Shown in pieces: positions 23,592 through 35,777 of a DNA stretch of 64,000 nt. This stretch comes from Monocercomonoides exilis PA203. Its lineage: Eukaryota; Protista; Preaxostyla. The notes below the pieces were generated by a model. That model made no database searches. It was given only the letters and a program-made list of their open reading frames with translations, and was not told the origin of the DNA. Numbering within the stretch: position 1 is the stretch's first letter; every line of letters begins with the position of its first letter. The translations under genes were made by a program, and so were the position numbers. The stretch is taken from the NCBI GenBank assembly GCA_001643675.2, contig LSRY02000003.1:1984001-2048000 (forward strand), in the 5' to 3' direction.

Positions 23592-26313
23592 TTGACAAAT
23601 GTTTCAATGAGTAATATGGAACTTATGGGCAAAAGCATTGTGTCTGTGCTGGAGCAGGGCGAATTGCAAGACGAGCCACAGGAATTGAATGCAGGAGAAG
23701 ACCTAGCAGTGAATCTTAGATGCTGCACACTCCATTCGCTTCTCCAAAATGCTCCATCTGAGCCCTCCATCATCAGCTGCATTGGTAGCGAGCCTTGTAG
23801 CGTGTCTGTGCAAAACACATCGATGAAGAACTGTAAAAGCAGCCAAAGTGAAAGCGGTGGAGGAATGATTATGAGTCTAAGCGAAGGAGGTTTTTTTGAG
23901 TGCAGTTTTTCAGCTATCTCTGGATGTTTCTGCTCAGCGACCGGCAGAGGAGGCACTATATTCCTGGATTGCTCTTTGATCACAAGAGATGTCCTGCTTC
24001 CTTCCCTGTAAAAAAACACCGCATTCATGGAGAACAAAGCATTTGTGGGAAGAGACGTGTATGTGAAATGCGCGAATGCGAAAACTCAAACAGGAGCTGA
24101 GCTGTTCGATCTTGATTTCAGAGCGCCGTTTGTCAGGGAGTTTGCGATGTGTGGATGCGCAGCACCTGACTATGCTGATGAGCAAGATCTGTTGCTGCTT
24201 GTGGTTGTGTATCAGAGCGAGACAATATTTGCATCTTCAACAACGGACAACGCTTCTGATTCGCAGCAGCGTGGCGCAATGAGCGAACCGTTCATTTCCT
24301 TGAATGAAGCTCTGCCCCACATCATTCCTTCAGTTTACAGCAGTTTTCTGATTGACAAAAGCGCTGAGGTGACAGGGGAAGCAAGCGCTTGCGATGTTTG
24401 GCTCAAGTCGCTGGATGAAGAAGGAGAAAGAGGGAATGTTGTGCTGAACAGCAGCATCGGAAGCAAGACGAAAAGCCTCGTTTCGTGCTCATCGAGAGTG
24501 AAAATGGAATTTCTCACGTTTTTGTTTGGAAGCGCATTTTCTTCTTCTCATTCCAGCTTGTTATTGCTGGCTGATGAAAACTTGTCTATTTCAGACGCAG
24601 CATTTTCTCAAGAAGATTCGAATGGAAACTCTGAAATGAAATTGAATTGCTCCATCATTCTCGTTGAGAATGGCAGATTATCGATCAATGGATGCACTTT
24701 TTCTTTCTTTAGTCTCAGTTCTTCGTACCTGGCAGCAAGAGGTGTCCAATATTGCTCATATATGAACTTGAACATTTCTGACATGAATTCAAGTGCGTTA
24801 TTGGACTTCCGCAATCTTGCAAACCTGTTCATGTCTCAGGTGCTTATTTTCAGGTGTATTTTTGATCGATCCCCTCTCGTCCTTCGCAATTACAAAGATT
24901 CACAGCTTCAGAACATTCAGATGAAAGGCACTTAGAGCGGATCAAACGTGATTGTGCTTTCCTCAGATAGTTCTGGAGGCCATTCAAACATCCAATACTA
25001 TCATTCGGAATTCGATGCAATATCTGTGCTGTCTGGTTCTTGGCATTCAATAAAATGCCAAGATTCAGATATTGAGATCATTCTTGGCTATTTCAAACAC
25101 AATGCTTGGAGAAGGATGTGCAGTGAGCGTGACATAGAATGTTTCGTCATTCCATTTGAAGCAGTCTTCATTTCAAAACGTAACTAGAGATTCGCTTTGT
25201 CCGTGTTGCTTGGTTGCTTCATCTTCATCTTTTTTGCTGGAATTGGAAAACTGCTCGAACAAAAAGTGTGTTTCCACATCTGAAAAAGGGAGCATTGAAG
25301 CGTTGGCAGATTTGACGGATGTAAACTTATCTTCATGTTCATTTGATGGAGCAACAAGCGCACCAGAGTTGAGAGCGAGCGATGATCGATCAGAAGAGCT
25401 GTGCCAGTGGATTAGATCAATGGTTGATCTTCAGAATTGCTCGTGAAGAATATTAGACACGAGCATTGTCAATTCATCTAAAGGAGGGCTGTCTGTATCA
25501 GGCGGAAGCATTTCCATCCAATTTGTATTATTCACCAACAACAGACCGAATGTTGCATGCTATCCACACATGAGGAACTTCATCGCCTGCTCTGTCCATG
25601 CGCTTCTGAATATTGAAAGTTCGAAAGTCGGGGATGGCTTTCTTCCAAACACCTCGATGTGGATTTCCACCAGTTTGAGAACATTGGAAAAATGGCTTCA
25701 GAAAGAGCATCCCGTTCCTCATTCAACAGCTAAATTCAGTGATATCTTTCCAGTAAGGTGACACCCTTGCAGTTGATCTTGCTGGTTCCTTGCTTCTGCA
25801 TTGCGACTTGGCTCTCCAGGTTGATTCCTTCGATTGAATGGTTCACGAACTCCAGGTGTATCCGCATCTGTCAGAAGAGCTAGCAGGTGAAATAGAGAAT
25901 CATGAAGCCATTCCTGCATCAATTGTTTCAATGCATCTGAGAAAACAGAAATATCTGCAAAGATCTTGTTTGGAAAGATTGATTCTCTTTCATGACGGAG
26001 TCATTCATCCTGAAGAACAGAACTAAATCTGAGCTAAAGGGAGATGGAAAACTTGTTGAAGGAGGGAAAGAAAGAAAAATCATTTTTGCCAATTGTTGAG
26101 ATTGTGTGTGTTGTATTTGTTGTGCTTCTGCTTGTAATTGTTGCTATTCTGGCTGTTCGATGGAAGAAGGTGAAGAATGAAGCAGATGATCTGAAAGAGA
26201 TTGTGAATGATAACATCAAAAAGGATCCTAAGGCATTTGAAATGGTAACGATGGAGACATTACTAGTAGAGCAGTGGAGGAGAGCAGTCAAGGAGGTAGA
26301 GAAGACTTATTAA
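23592..26313 (+). pseudogene. Decayed large single-pass membrane protein of the same beta-helix superfamily
   Basis: Fragments 23592-24011, 24027-24935 and 24948-25187 share one frame and are separated by single TAA/TAG stops; frameshifted pieces follow. The motif GRGGTIFL...NKAFVGRDVYVKC resembles NKASVGRDMYFVC of the long copies. A C-terminal TM helix IVCVVFVVLLLVIVAILAV is followed by RWKK. Confidence 0.75.
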
Positions 26314-27034
26314 GAGAGGTTTGAAAAAAGAAATCTATCAATGAAAATGAAATATGTCCAGTCAATGGAGAAAGTGGCAAAGATGAAAGCTGCATCAACC
26401 TGTCGACTCGACTGAGCGCTTCAGAATTATAAACTTAATTTGCTGTAGATCACCCCACGAACATCAAAAGAAACAAATTTTTGTTAAAGATATTTAATTA
26501 CGTGATGATCACATTTTTTGTTAATGAGAAAAAACAGGACATAAGAATGATAACAAAATGATATTTGCATGCATTTCTATCTCTTTTTATCAAATAAAAT
26601 CATCTTTAAACATATCTGAAATTTTATTTATGAAAAAGGAAAAATCTCAGTTTTTAAGATTTTTCATTTTTTTGTTGATAAAGTGAAATATGAAACGTAT
26701 TAATATTATCATAAGTGTTCACTATTTTTTCATGAATTATTTATTTAAGTGTATCGCACTTTATTCAAGTGTCACTTCAACCATTTAAAATAACATGACC
26801 TCATTTAAGAAAAACCCAGTTCATTCAAATAAGTTGAATCTATTCAAATGAAAAAAATCTATTCACAATTCATCTATTATCTACCATTTGCTTGAAATTT
26901 TGCTATGAACAAATCTCAAACATTGGCAAAATAAAAAAAATTGAAAAACATTTTTCATTTGAAATAAATAATAATATTATTATTATTACGAACAGCCTTT
27001 AAAATTTCAATTCCTTTAAAAAAAATTTATGATT

Positions 27035-27113
27035 TCATAAACAATCACCCATATGTTAATTCAATCTTTTTCATTGAAAAAATTTGATTTAACATATGGG
27101 TGATTGTTTATGA
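27035..27113. repeat. Hairpin with 25-bp perfect arms
   Basis: tcataaacaatcacccatatgttaa (27035-27059) is the exact reverse complement of 27089-27113, and the interior is also largely complementary. Confidence 0.92.
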
Positions 27114-27799
27114 TAGGAAAATTTAAATGAATTTTGATCATTATTTGAAATACGAGTGAAGCCACAAAACATAATGTTGTGATATAATTGACAACTATTT
27201 TTAAACATGAGAATCCTATTTTTTGCAATCGAAGAGAGTTTAGAAAATTGAGAAATATTCAATATTTTTATGATTTGTGCTTTAAAAGCTTAAAAGTCAA
27301 AATTTTCCCTCAAATAAACACGTGTCAAACATAGATAATGAAAGATTCATTGTGTTTAAGGTATAATTAAAGTGTTCGTCACATAAACTTTCGAAAAAAA
27401 ATGAAGTTCTCAACAATAACAGAAAAACAAACAAGTGAGACTTTTCGAAAATATAAATCCTAATGAAAAAAATATTTTTTTTCTCCTTTTAAAAAATTCA
27501 ATTTCGGTTTTTCTGTTTGGTAAAAATTATAAGAAATTTAAAACTTTGATAAATAAATTTTCAAATGAATAAAAAAAAAAAAACATAATTATAGCTCTTG
27601 AAAACAAAAAATTTCCATATTAAGATTTAAAACAAAATAAAATGTCGATTTTTAGTGATCAGAAAATATTTCTTTGAAAAGAATAAACATCAATCTTTTT
27701 CTTCTTTTTTTAAACAAATACTTGCACACGTATTAATATATATGAAAAATAAAAAACATAAAAACAAAACAAAACAAAACAATAAAAAAAATTATTCAG

Positions 27800-30146
27800 T
27801 TAAAAAACTGATATGTCGATCTTTTGACGCTCGAGTGCCTCTTCTTCCTGCTGTTCTTCATTCATCGATACAATAGAAGCTTCTGAGTTTTAAATTATTC
27901 ATTTCAGAATTCAATGAAAAAAAATATAATATAATATAATATAATACAATAAAATAAAATATTTCAAAAAAGAAAAAGTTTCAAAATATTCAATAAAAGA
28001 TAGTTAACTATAAATGCTTCACACCATCAGAAAAAAAAGAGGATAATTTTACTGGGGTTGCAAGTACTTCATGTTCTGAATCCATTTTTGAAGGATGAAA
28101 CTTGTCAGAAGGCAAAGGTGATGCCACAGAGGAAACCAAAGAAGAGTCACATTGCTCTGTCTGATTAAATGAATACTGAAGAGGAAAAGAGGAGCTTGTT
28201 AAGGGTGATGAAGTCAATTGTGGCGAAGAAAGAGAATTTATCGAATGAATTGGAGAAGAAAGAGCGCTGTGAAAGGACAAAGAAGAAGAAGACGAAGATG
28301 AAGAAGACGAAGAAGAATTTGATTGTGAAATGCTGTTATTTTGACGTGAAAAAGAAGAAGGCTGCGATTCCTTTATCGGTGAAAACAGGCAAAAGGAAGA
28401 GCTTGACGATGTGGACAAAGGAGTCAAGGGAAGCAAGCTGAGACGAGCTGAAGTGGCTTGTGGCTGTTTGTCAAATGAGGTGAATGGTTCTTGGTGCTCA
28501 TTTGGCTGACTTAGCAAATTCTTGATGTGAGCTGTGAAAGGCGTGCTTTCAACAGAAGAAGACGGATCTTCAACTTTGGGAAGCATCTGAGAAGATTTGA
28601 AAGGAGTTGACAAGACTTCTGCTTTTGGAGCCTCGCCAAGCCACTTCACGCTGTGTTCTTCAGAAACAAGAGAAGAAGCGCTTTTTATTGGGCTCGTAGA
28701 TTTTTTGTCAAAAGAAGTGGAGGATGAAGAATTTGACGATGAGAGCAAAGAAATGACATTTGTGTTGGTTCCTTCAGCAAGCTGGTCCTTCTTCATCCAA
28801 CTGGGCATATCCCCTGCCTTTGCCAGAGCTGATGAAGTGTTCCCAATCGAAGAAAAACTGTTTGAATTTGCTGCTGAAGACAAAACATTTGCCGATGAAG
28901 TCGAAACAGAAATTGGTGTTTGAATGAATCTATTGCTGCTTGTTTGATCATTCAATTTCAAAGATAATCTTCGTGAAAGAGAAGATTGAAACTTGCTATT
29001 TGCGTCATTAGGGGATAAATGATAGACTAAATTGAAATTCACATTGAAAATAGCAATATAAATATTTATTATTGCAAGTTAATTCGAAATTCAAAAAATA
29101 TAAAAAAAAATAAAAAATTCAAATAAAAAAAAATTAAAATATGCAACTTGCACACGGTGCCGACGAGGGTCATTAAGAGGATAAATTCTTGATATTCTCC
29201 GTGTTGAAAACGCGGACTTTGAAATTTGCTTCCACAAGCCATCTATAATACAGTCTGATTCGAAACGTGAGTTTTCATCATTCCTGCGAATAACACGAAA
29301 ATAAAAAATAATTCAAATGATTCATATTTTCTTTTGTTTTTTTTTAGCAATGAAATAAAATTGTCACACTGCTCGATGTCGGACATTGCCCGCATGATTG
29401 CATTTGGAGATGTTAATACTAATCGCTGTTTTTCAGGTGTGTGTGGTTCAACACTCATTTGATTTTTGAGTTGTTGCTTTTTCAATTCTTGCCTTTGCAT
29501 TGGCAATCTCTTTTCGTTTGGTTTTTTCTGTGTATATTTTGGAATTTTAAAATTATGTAATTTCAGGTTTCGTGATTGATCATGTTTGATTGTAAGATCC
29601 TTCTTCTGCTGTTGAATTCTTTCAGAAAGTGCTGGCTTTGATTTTAGAATGGAAAAAGAAGTTTGTTGTGCAGTTTTAGTACCCAAAGACGAATTTTGTT
29701 TCTCTTTCCGAATGATTAAATTATTTGTTTGTTTAGAAGAAATGGATCTTCTGTTTGATTGCACAGTATTGTGATTAGTAACCTTTGTTAAAGATATTGG
29801 AGGTTGCTTCTTAATTGATTTTGATTGCGTTGGGAGAGTTTTTTGATCCATTTTTTTTATAATTTTGCTCGTATGAATAAATTGTTTAGAAGGAGGCGGT
29901 AATAAAGAAACAGATGGTTTGCCAGGAATTGAAGATGGTAATTTTGTGTTGGATTGTAATTTTTTCGATGCTACTTCTGAGTTTTCCAACATTTCTCTTT
30001 CAAAATGCAAACAGATGAAAAATTAATAAACATTAATAAAAAACACAATTACATTAATGAAACCTCGAGACATTTCGAGTTTGTGATTTTTCTACCTGCT
30101 TTTGCTTGCGCCACAACTCAAGCATTTCTCTTCGCGACAATGTCAT
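27800..30146 (-). CDS. Hypothetical intron-containing, Lys/Ser-rich, probably disordered protein
   Basis: ATG 30146 (MTLSRREMLELWRKQKQ). Phase-compatible GT-AG introns at 30063-29997, ~29369-29285, ~29156-29028 and ~28024-27884 join ORFs 29243-30010 and 28008-29042 to a last exon EASIVSMNEEQQEEEALERQKIDISVF* (TAA 27802-27800). Confidence 0.75.
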
Positions 30147-30241
30147 GCTCTTTTTCTTCAAATTTGATCCTTTTTCATAAAATGTTATATATTCAAGATC
30201 AATATTTTCCAAAAAAAATATAGATTTTCTTTCAAATTTGC
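30147..30241. promoter_or_regulatory. Putative bidirectional promoter region (95 bp between two divergent ATGs)
   Basis: Start codons at 30146 (-) and 30242 (+) from the spliced gene models. Confidence 0.55.
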
Positions 30242-33200
30242 ATGGGCCATTATAAAGATTGTTTTGCCATTTTTTGTCCTTATTTTTTACAAATATTTTT
30301 TGTTTATTTAATGAAAATTTTGCCTTTTTTATCATTTTGCTTCAAAAAGACAAATTCGTTAAGCGCATTGGTCATGGCGCTTTTGGATTTGTATCGCTTG
30401 TTAGACATGTTCAGACTAGAAAAAAATATGTTTGGAAAGAAATGCCTTTCGAGAAAAAATCGGAAGTGATTCATATTCGAAAGGAAATGGTTCTTCTTCA
30501 AAAACTGAAATCTCCTTTCATTGTAGAATACATTGATTCATTTATTTCTGGATCTTCGTTATTCATTGTTATGGAATATTGCGATAAAGGAGATTTGAAG
30601 AGATATATTCGAGATGCCAAAGAAAGAGGATTGAAACTAACGAAAGAGGTTTTCATCAACTTGTTTTTATAAAGAAAGGCTAGTGTTTTTAAAATTTTCA
30701 ATGTTTGCAGAAACTATGGGATTTTTTGTCACAAATTACCTTGGGCCTTGATTTTCTTCATAGTCATCATATTGTTCATCGTGATTTGAAGCCTGCAAAT
30801 ATCTTTTTGTTTGGGGATTTTAACATCAAACTGGGTTTGTTTCCTTATGCAAGCGTTCTTATTGAAGACTTTTTTTTCGATGGGGAAATATTTATAATGA
30901 AAATTGAACAGGTGATTTTGGATTGGCAAAAGAGCTTGAAAGTTCTGATTCTTTGACTCATTCTCGCGCTGGAACACCGTTTGTTAATTTTTTTTCAAAT
31001 TTGTTCTTGATCTACCTATGTCATATGTTCGTGCGTATATTCTATAATTTGACGTTTGACAGGTACTACATGTCCCCTGAGCAATTTCGAAGAGAAGAGT
31101 ATTCAACGCCCATCGACATCTGGTCGCTGGGTGTGATTTTGTATGAGCTTGCGACACTTCGTCATCCTTTTCCTGCAGATGACGAAGCATCGCTCGCACG
31201 AAAAGTTCTGAATGACCCACTTCCTCCTTTTGACACAGAAGGCGCTTATTCTGAATCCTTTCACAAAGTGCTTATTCAGATGCTAGACAAGGTTTGTAAT
31301 TCTCCTTTTTGTTTATCTCTTTTATCATTCTCGTGCATTTTCATTATGACCTCTTTACATCTTTTTCTTCATTGATGTTCTCTTTCCCTCTTTTTCTTTC
31401 TTTTTCTTTTTCTTTTTCTTTCTTTCTTTTTTTCTTTTTTTCTTTTTTTCTTTTTTTTCCCTCTTTATTTTTATTTCCTCCATTTGTTTATCTGTTTCAT
31501 ATTTGCAACGAACTTCTTTGATCATTACAGGATGCTCAAAAAAGACCAACAACTGGAGACATCTTAACAATCCCAGAGGTACAAGAGCGAGTTGCCTCTT
31601 CTCGTGCAAATTTTTCAGTGCGTTCTCATTCAATTTTTGCACATCAACCAAAATTGGGAGGAAACTTAGATGAAATGAAAGTTGATGACAACGAAGGCGA
31701 AGAAGACGATGATGATAACGAGGAGGAGGAGGAGGAAGAAGAAGAAGAGGAGGAGGAAGAAGAAGAGAATGAAGAAGAGAATGAAGAGGAGGAAGAAGAA
31801 ATAGAAGAAGAAACAAATAATAAGGGCTTGAAAAAAGACACTCACAACATAGTGTTCCCATATCCTCAAAAGCCAAAGGTTCGTATTCATCAAAAGCAAA
31901 AGAAGATGTCTGGGGATGAATTGTGTGACACATTTGGTGAGCCTGAAAAGTTGCCTGGGTCATTTTGTGAAGAAACTCTGCCTCTTCTACCACCGTTGAG
32001 AGAACAGAGGGAAGAAGGTGGGGAAGGGAAGAGAGGAGCAGCAAAACATCGTCTTCTTGGTAGGCATAATGGCATTCGGAATTTTGGGAAAGGGAATGAG
32101 AAGGAGAAGAAGGATGATGCTCGTTCATCGCAACCACAATCTCATTTTCCTTCAGATTCCCTCCATTCACCCACTTCTCCTCCTCATTCCTCACCATCTT
32201 CTCCTTCATCATCATCATCACCATCATCTGCTTCAAATTCGTTGAATATTGGGAGTCAGCCTCATTTTGAACATCCATGCAGCAGTGCTTCTGTTGTGAT
32301 TCAACAAGAAGAATGCAAACAAATTCCTCTATCGTCGTCGTCGTCGTCGTCGTCATCATCATCATCATCTTCATCATCATCATCTTCTTCTTCATATTCC
32401 TCTTCATATATGATCTCGAATTCGAGTAGTTGTGATTGTGATTGCAATTGTTCATCGGCCAGCCAGCCATCTGCATCGCAGTTGTTTCTGTCTGGCAGCA
32501 CACAGTTTGAGAGTATCTACCACACGCCGATGCTGTCGAAGATTCCCTTTGGAAGTGCTTGTGAAGGATCTGATTGCTCTTGTGTGCAGATGCCTTTTAC
32601 GCCTCCACATCCTTCAGACACACTGCCTCTTCCTCCTCTTCCACCTCTTCCACCAACCCTCCCTCAACCTCCTCCGCCACCTGCAATGTTATCATGCATG
32701 ATGAGGCATCCACTCAGAGGAACAGATTGTTCTGAGACACGTCAATTTTCTTCTTCTTCCGCAACAATTATATCTGCAGATGGTTCTGCTATTTCGAGAG
32801 AGAATTCGCTTTCTTCACCCAACACACACCACGCAAACACCCCTTCGTTCACTGTTACATCTCCATCTGTTACTATCCTTCAGCCATCTGTCGGAACTTC
32901 CTCGTCTCCTCAATCTGAAAAATCTTCTTCTCTCTCACCTTCTTCGCATTCTTCTCCTTCGTTGCGTTCACCTCCACCTCCTTTTCCTCCTCCTCCTCCA
33001 CCGCCGCCACCACATCCTCCACATCCACCATCTTCGTCATCGTCGTCACTTCCACCACCTCCTCTTGATCGTCTGAATCAACCACTTTGCATGCCTTCGT
33101 TTCGTTCTTCGCAAAATTCTGTTAATTCAACAATTTCAGCAGTTCAAAGCGGATTTTCTTTACTCGAATCTCCAAATGTTTGTTCTTTGCAACAGCGTGG

Positions 33201-34990
33201 TAATTGCTTATCGTCATGTCCTTCGTCGTCCTCTTCCTCTTCTTCCTCTTTAATTGATGAAGATCCGTTGATTGAGTGCGAATTTTGCCATAACACAGTT
33301 CGCTTCAACGATTACATCGAGCATCTCTCACAGTTCCATCCAAACATAGCTGGCATCACCTCCACACTTTCTCATCATTCAACGACCTCATCGTCGTCCT
33401 CATCACCTTCTTCTTCTTCATTTTCCTCCTCCTCTCCAAATTCTAATGCAACCAACGCTCTGCATGCTGCTAGCTATTCTCCTTCCACTGGAGACTCGTC
33501 TCGTCTGGCACATCTCGCGCCATCCACAACATATCCAACTTACTCACCTTCTTCTCATTCCTCTCTTTCATTTTCTCCTTCTTTGGACTCTCTCAGCCAC
33601 TTTCACCTTCGCGACCAGCAACGCACTGACTCTTCTTTTTCCTCTTCTTCTCCATCATCCTCATATCCTTCGACATTCTTCTTCAATCCCCTGTCTGAAT
33701 CTCACGCTCTGCCACAGACGATAAAAGAGCAGATTGGCATTCTGAGGACGGCAAACAGCAGAGTAGGTCTGATTGGCTCGCTGAATGCACTGTTAGAGGA
33801 GGTAAGTGTTGCAGGAGAGGAGATACTGAAGCAGGTGGTGGAGGCAGGGATAGTTGCGGACATGGCTGGGGTGCTGCGGAAGTACTCACAGAGGGATAGC
33901 ATGGACCGGGAGATCTGTGCCATGTGCTGCCGAGTTCTTTCCGTTGTGCTGGAGAGGCAGAAAAGGTCAAGTCAGGCAGCTGTGAAGGGAGAGGTGGTGG
34001 AGTCGATGGTGAGGTTGATAGAGGAGAAACTTGGGGGAGATGTTGAGAAGGAGTTTGTGAATGTGCTTTATGTGCTTTCGCGAGTGGGAAGTGGAGTAGC
34101 AGAGGAGATGGTTGGTGCGAATGTGTTGCCGTGTCTAGTGGGGTTGTTGAGACAGAGGAACCGAGCGATTGTGCGGAGGAGTGTAACTACGCTTTCGAAT
34201 GTGATAATCAAAACTGGGTTGCTTGTGGAAGCAAGTGAGCCACATCCTCACCGGGAGGAAGTAGAGGCAGTGGGCGGAGTGGAGGAGTTGATGAGGCTGT
34301 TTTCTGGATCTGCAAGCATGCAGGTGAAGGAGTATGCGGCTGAGTGCATCTGCGAGCTGATGCGGGGTGTTGTTCTGGAACAGCGGATGATTCCTGTGGT
34401 GGCGTCGCTGAAAGTACTGTGCTTCTCGCAGGAGACGGTGAGTACGAACGACATTGGGGCATTGTGTTCGCTAGCAACTCATCGAGGCTTGTGAAATTGT
34501 TTTTTATTTCCCACTGTTTTATTGATAAGTTTCTTAATCATCTTTCAATTTTCTTTTTTTTTTTTTTGTGTGTGTGAACTTTTAATTTGTTTATTGCGAC
34601 TGTTTTGCATCCACATATCATTCAGGTAATCACGAAGAGCTGCTGAAAGACGATTTCCTCGAGAATCTTATATCTTTTATTGTGTATGCATGCTATTTCT
34701 TCTTTTGAAAAGTTGAAATCACATTTTAAAATTTTTTGTCGATTTTTTCTTTTCATTTTTCTTCTGACTGTTTGAAAAGTGTATGCACGAAGCATGAGTT
34801 TGTGTGTGCTGCAATTGATTTTGTGATTATGATGTTTAAGAAGGGAGAAAGCAGCACTCGGGGTGCGATAACAAGATTGGCTCCGAACGTGGTGGAGGAG
34901 CTGCTTCATAGGGACGATGTGAACATCCAAACACGGTGCATCCTGTTGAAATCGCTTTTTGAGAGCGCAGATTCTGAAGAGATGGGTTGA
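30242..34990 (+). CDS. NEK/NIMA-family Ser/Thr kinase with low-complexity linker, C2H2-like motif and ARM-like C-terminus
   Basis: Exons 30242-30260, 30350-30648, 30711-30834, 30912-30978, 31063-31291, 31531-34486, 34626-34683 and 34780-34990. They splice to [71 protein letters not shown] and MLDKDAQKRPT. Confidence 0.9.
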
Positions 34991-35777
34991 TGCTTTTGCA
35001 ATGATTCATGGGTTAGCGATTTGTGTGAGGGAAGAAAAAACGTTAAGTTGAAGTGTTTTTCTGGAGCTTTTTGTTTGCGATTGAATTGCTTCAAGAAATT
35101 GAATTTGATTTTTGCTTGGGTTTCATATTTTGTGAGAGCAATTTTTGATGTTTGCGTTTTGAGAAACAAAAAAAAAAACAATGTTTTTGCGAAAACGATA
35201 TTGTGTTTGATATTAGATAACCGATTATTTAGAGCAATGATTTGCGGTTCACTGAATGAATTGCAAACAAAAAAGCTGAATCAAACAATCTTGCTCAATT
35301 CAAAAATGGTTTTAAAAATGTAATGTTGTTCAAGCTTTAAAAAAAAAAGAAATCTCCTTCAAAAATTTATTTCTTACATATTTTCCAATGCAGATTCAAT
35401 AAAGAAGAACGAAATAGAAAAAATATTGAAATGAAGAAAATGAACTCGATAAACCAAAGCGATAATTTTTGAAATCATAAATTGTTCATTATCTATGAAA
35501 AATTGAATTAAGAAAAATAATTCCAAAATGAACTTTAAAATTTCACTTGTTGCTATCTGAACAGTTTAGAAAATTCAAACATAAACGAACACTAAATATT
35601 CTTTCAAAAGACAAAACGTCAAAATTGCATCCTATTCACCTCACGCTGTGTAATTGAATCGCCCAGAAACAATTATTCAAAGAAAACTGGAAAATGGAAT
35701 TTAATATTTTTTTAAAATTATTAACTTCTAATCTGTATTCAACTATTATGAAGTCATTGTGAATTCATGCTTCATAA

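Larger units (their letters stand above)
22720..26915. mobile_element. Putative non-autonomous TIR element with tandemly repetitive inverted ends, enclosing the membrane-protein pseudogene
   Basis: 22753-22790 (atattagatgaattttgaatagattttt) is inverted at 26851-26880. The 19-20 bp array at 22782-22890 has inverted degenerate units at 26780-26850. No TSD or transposase was identified. Confidence 0.45.

Noticed and set aside
23592-25187. TAA/TAG reassigned to Gln, as in some oxymonads, or TGA readthrough
   Set aside because: The intact long exons contain no in-frame TAR, and the 27800-30146 gene ends in TAA. Cassette stops align with TTA, TTG, AGA or GGA in paralogues, and this pseudogene also has frameshifts.
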